Positions 63,965 through 64,000 of a stretch of DNA of 64,000 nt are shown here, in pieces. Both the position numbers and the translations under genes were made by a program. Below the pieces are notes generated by a model. That model searched no databases, was not told the origin of the DNA, and saw only the letters and a list, made by a program, of their open reading frames with translations. Position 1 is the stretch's first letter. Each line of letters begins with the position of its first letter. The stretch comes from an uncultured Verrucomicrobiae bacterium (GTDB lineage Bacteria > Verrucomicrobiota > Verrucomicrobiia > Limisphaerales > Palsa-1400), in contig OY969763.1 in assembly GCA_963702845.1 (NCBI GenBank), forward strand, positions 1,888,001 through 1,952,000. Direction: 5' to 3'.

Positions 63965-64000
63965 CGCCGGGAATGACGTGTGAAGTTCTTAGTCCCCCTC

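Noticed and set aside
1..64000. CRISPR arrays, tRNA, rRNA, integrase/att sites
   Set aside because: None recognised by eye; tRNAscan-SE and a CRISPR finder would be needed to exclude them.

Overview
Accessory, mosaic region with no rRNA, tRNA or CRISPR array. A prepilin with an H-X9-DG motif suggests a PVC-superphylum host, probably Verrucomicrobia (inference). Layout: (1) 1-6 kb, a putative arginine-linked biosynthetic locus: NodU-type carbamoyltransferase (absent from the ORF track), CAS/VioC-like Fe/2OG dioxygenase, HTH protein, radical SAM and ArgRS. (2) 6.6-14.2 kb, a conjugative/mobilisable element backbone: N6-MTase, RadC, primase, Replic_Relax, VirD4-like ATPase and large hairpins. 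(3) 14.3-37 kb, a defence-like island: radical SAM plus P-loop kinase, GhoS-like, LRAT, AbiGi, GHKL-nuclease/Dcm/Vsr, DUF4365, AlbA_2, and a Ubl-E2-JAB/E1-DUF6527 ubiquitin-like operon with an inserted kinase. (4) 37-53 kb, an envelope/secreted cluster centred on a signal-peptide plus double-glycine Cys-rich precursor with an active/inactive pair of membrane-anchored C39 peptidases. (5) 53-64 kb, a TIM-barrel-GAF histidine kinase with a receiver protein, an HD dNTPase-like gene broken by IS3, Mrr, and a second copy of a small Dcm module. Several single-base frameshifts probably reflect sequencing error. All family calls come from motif recognition by eye; no database searches were run.
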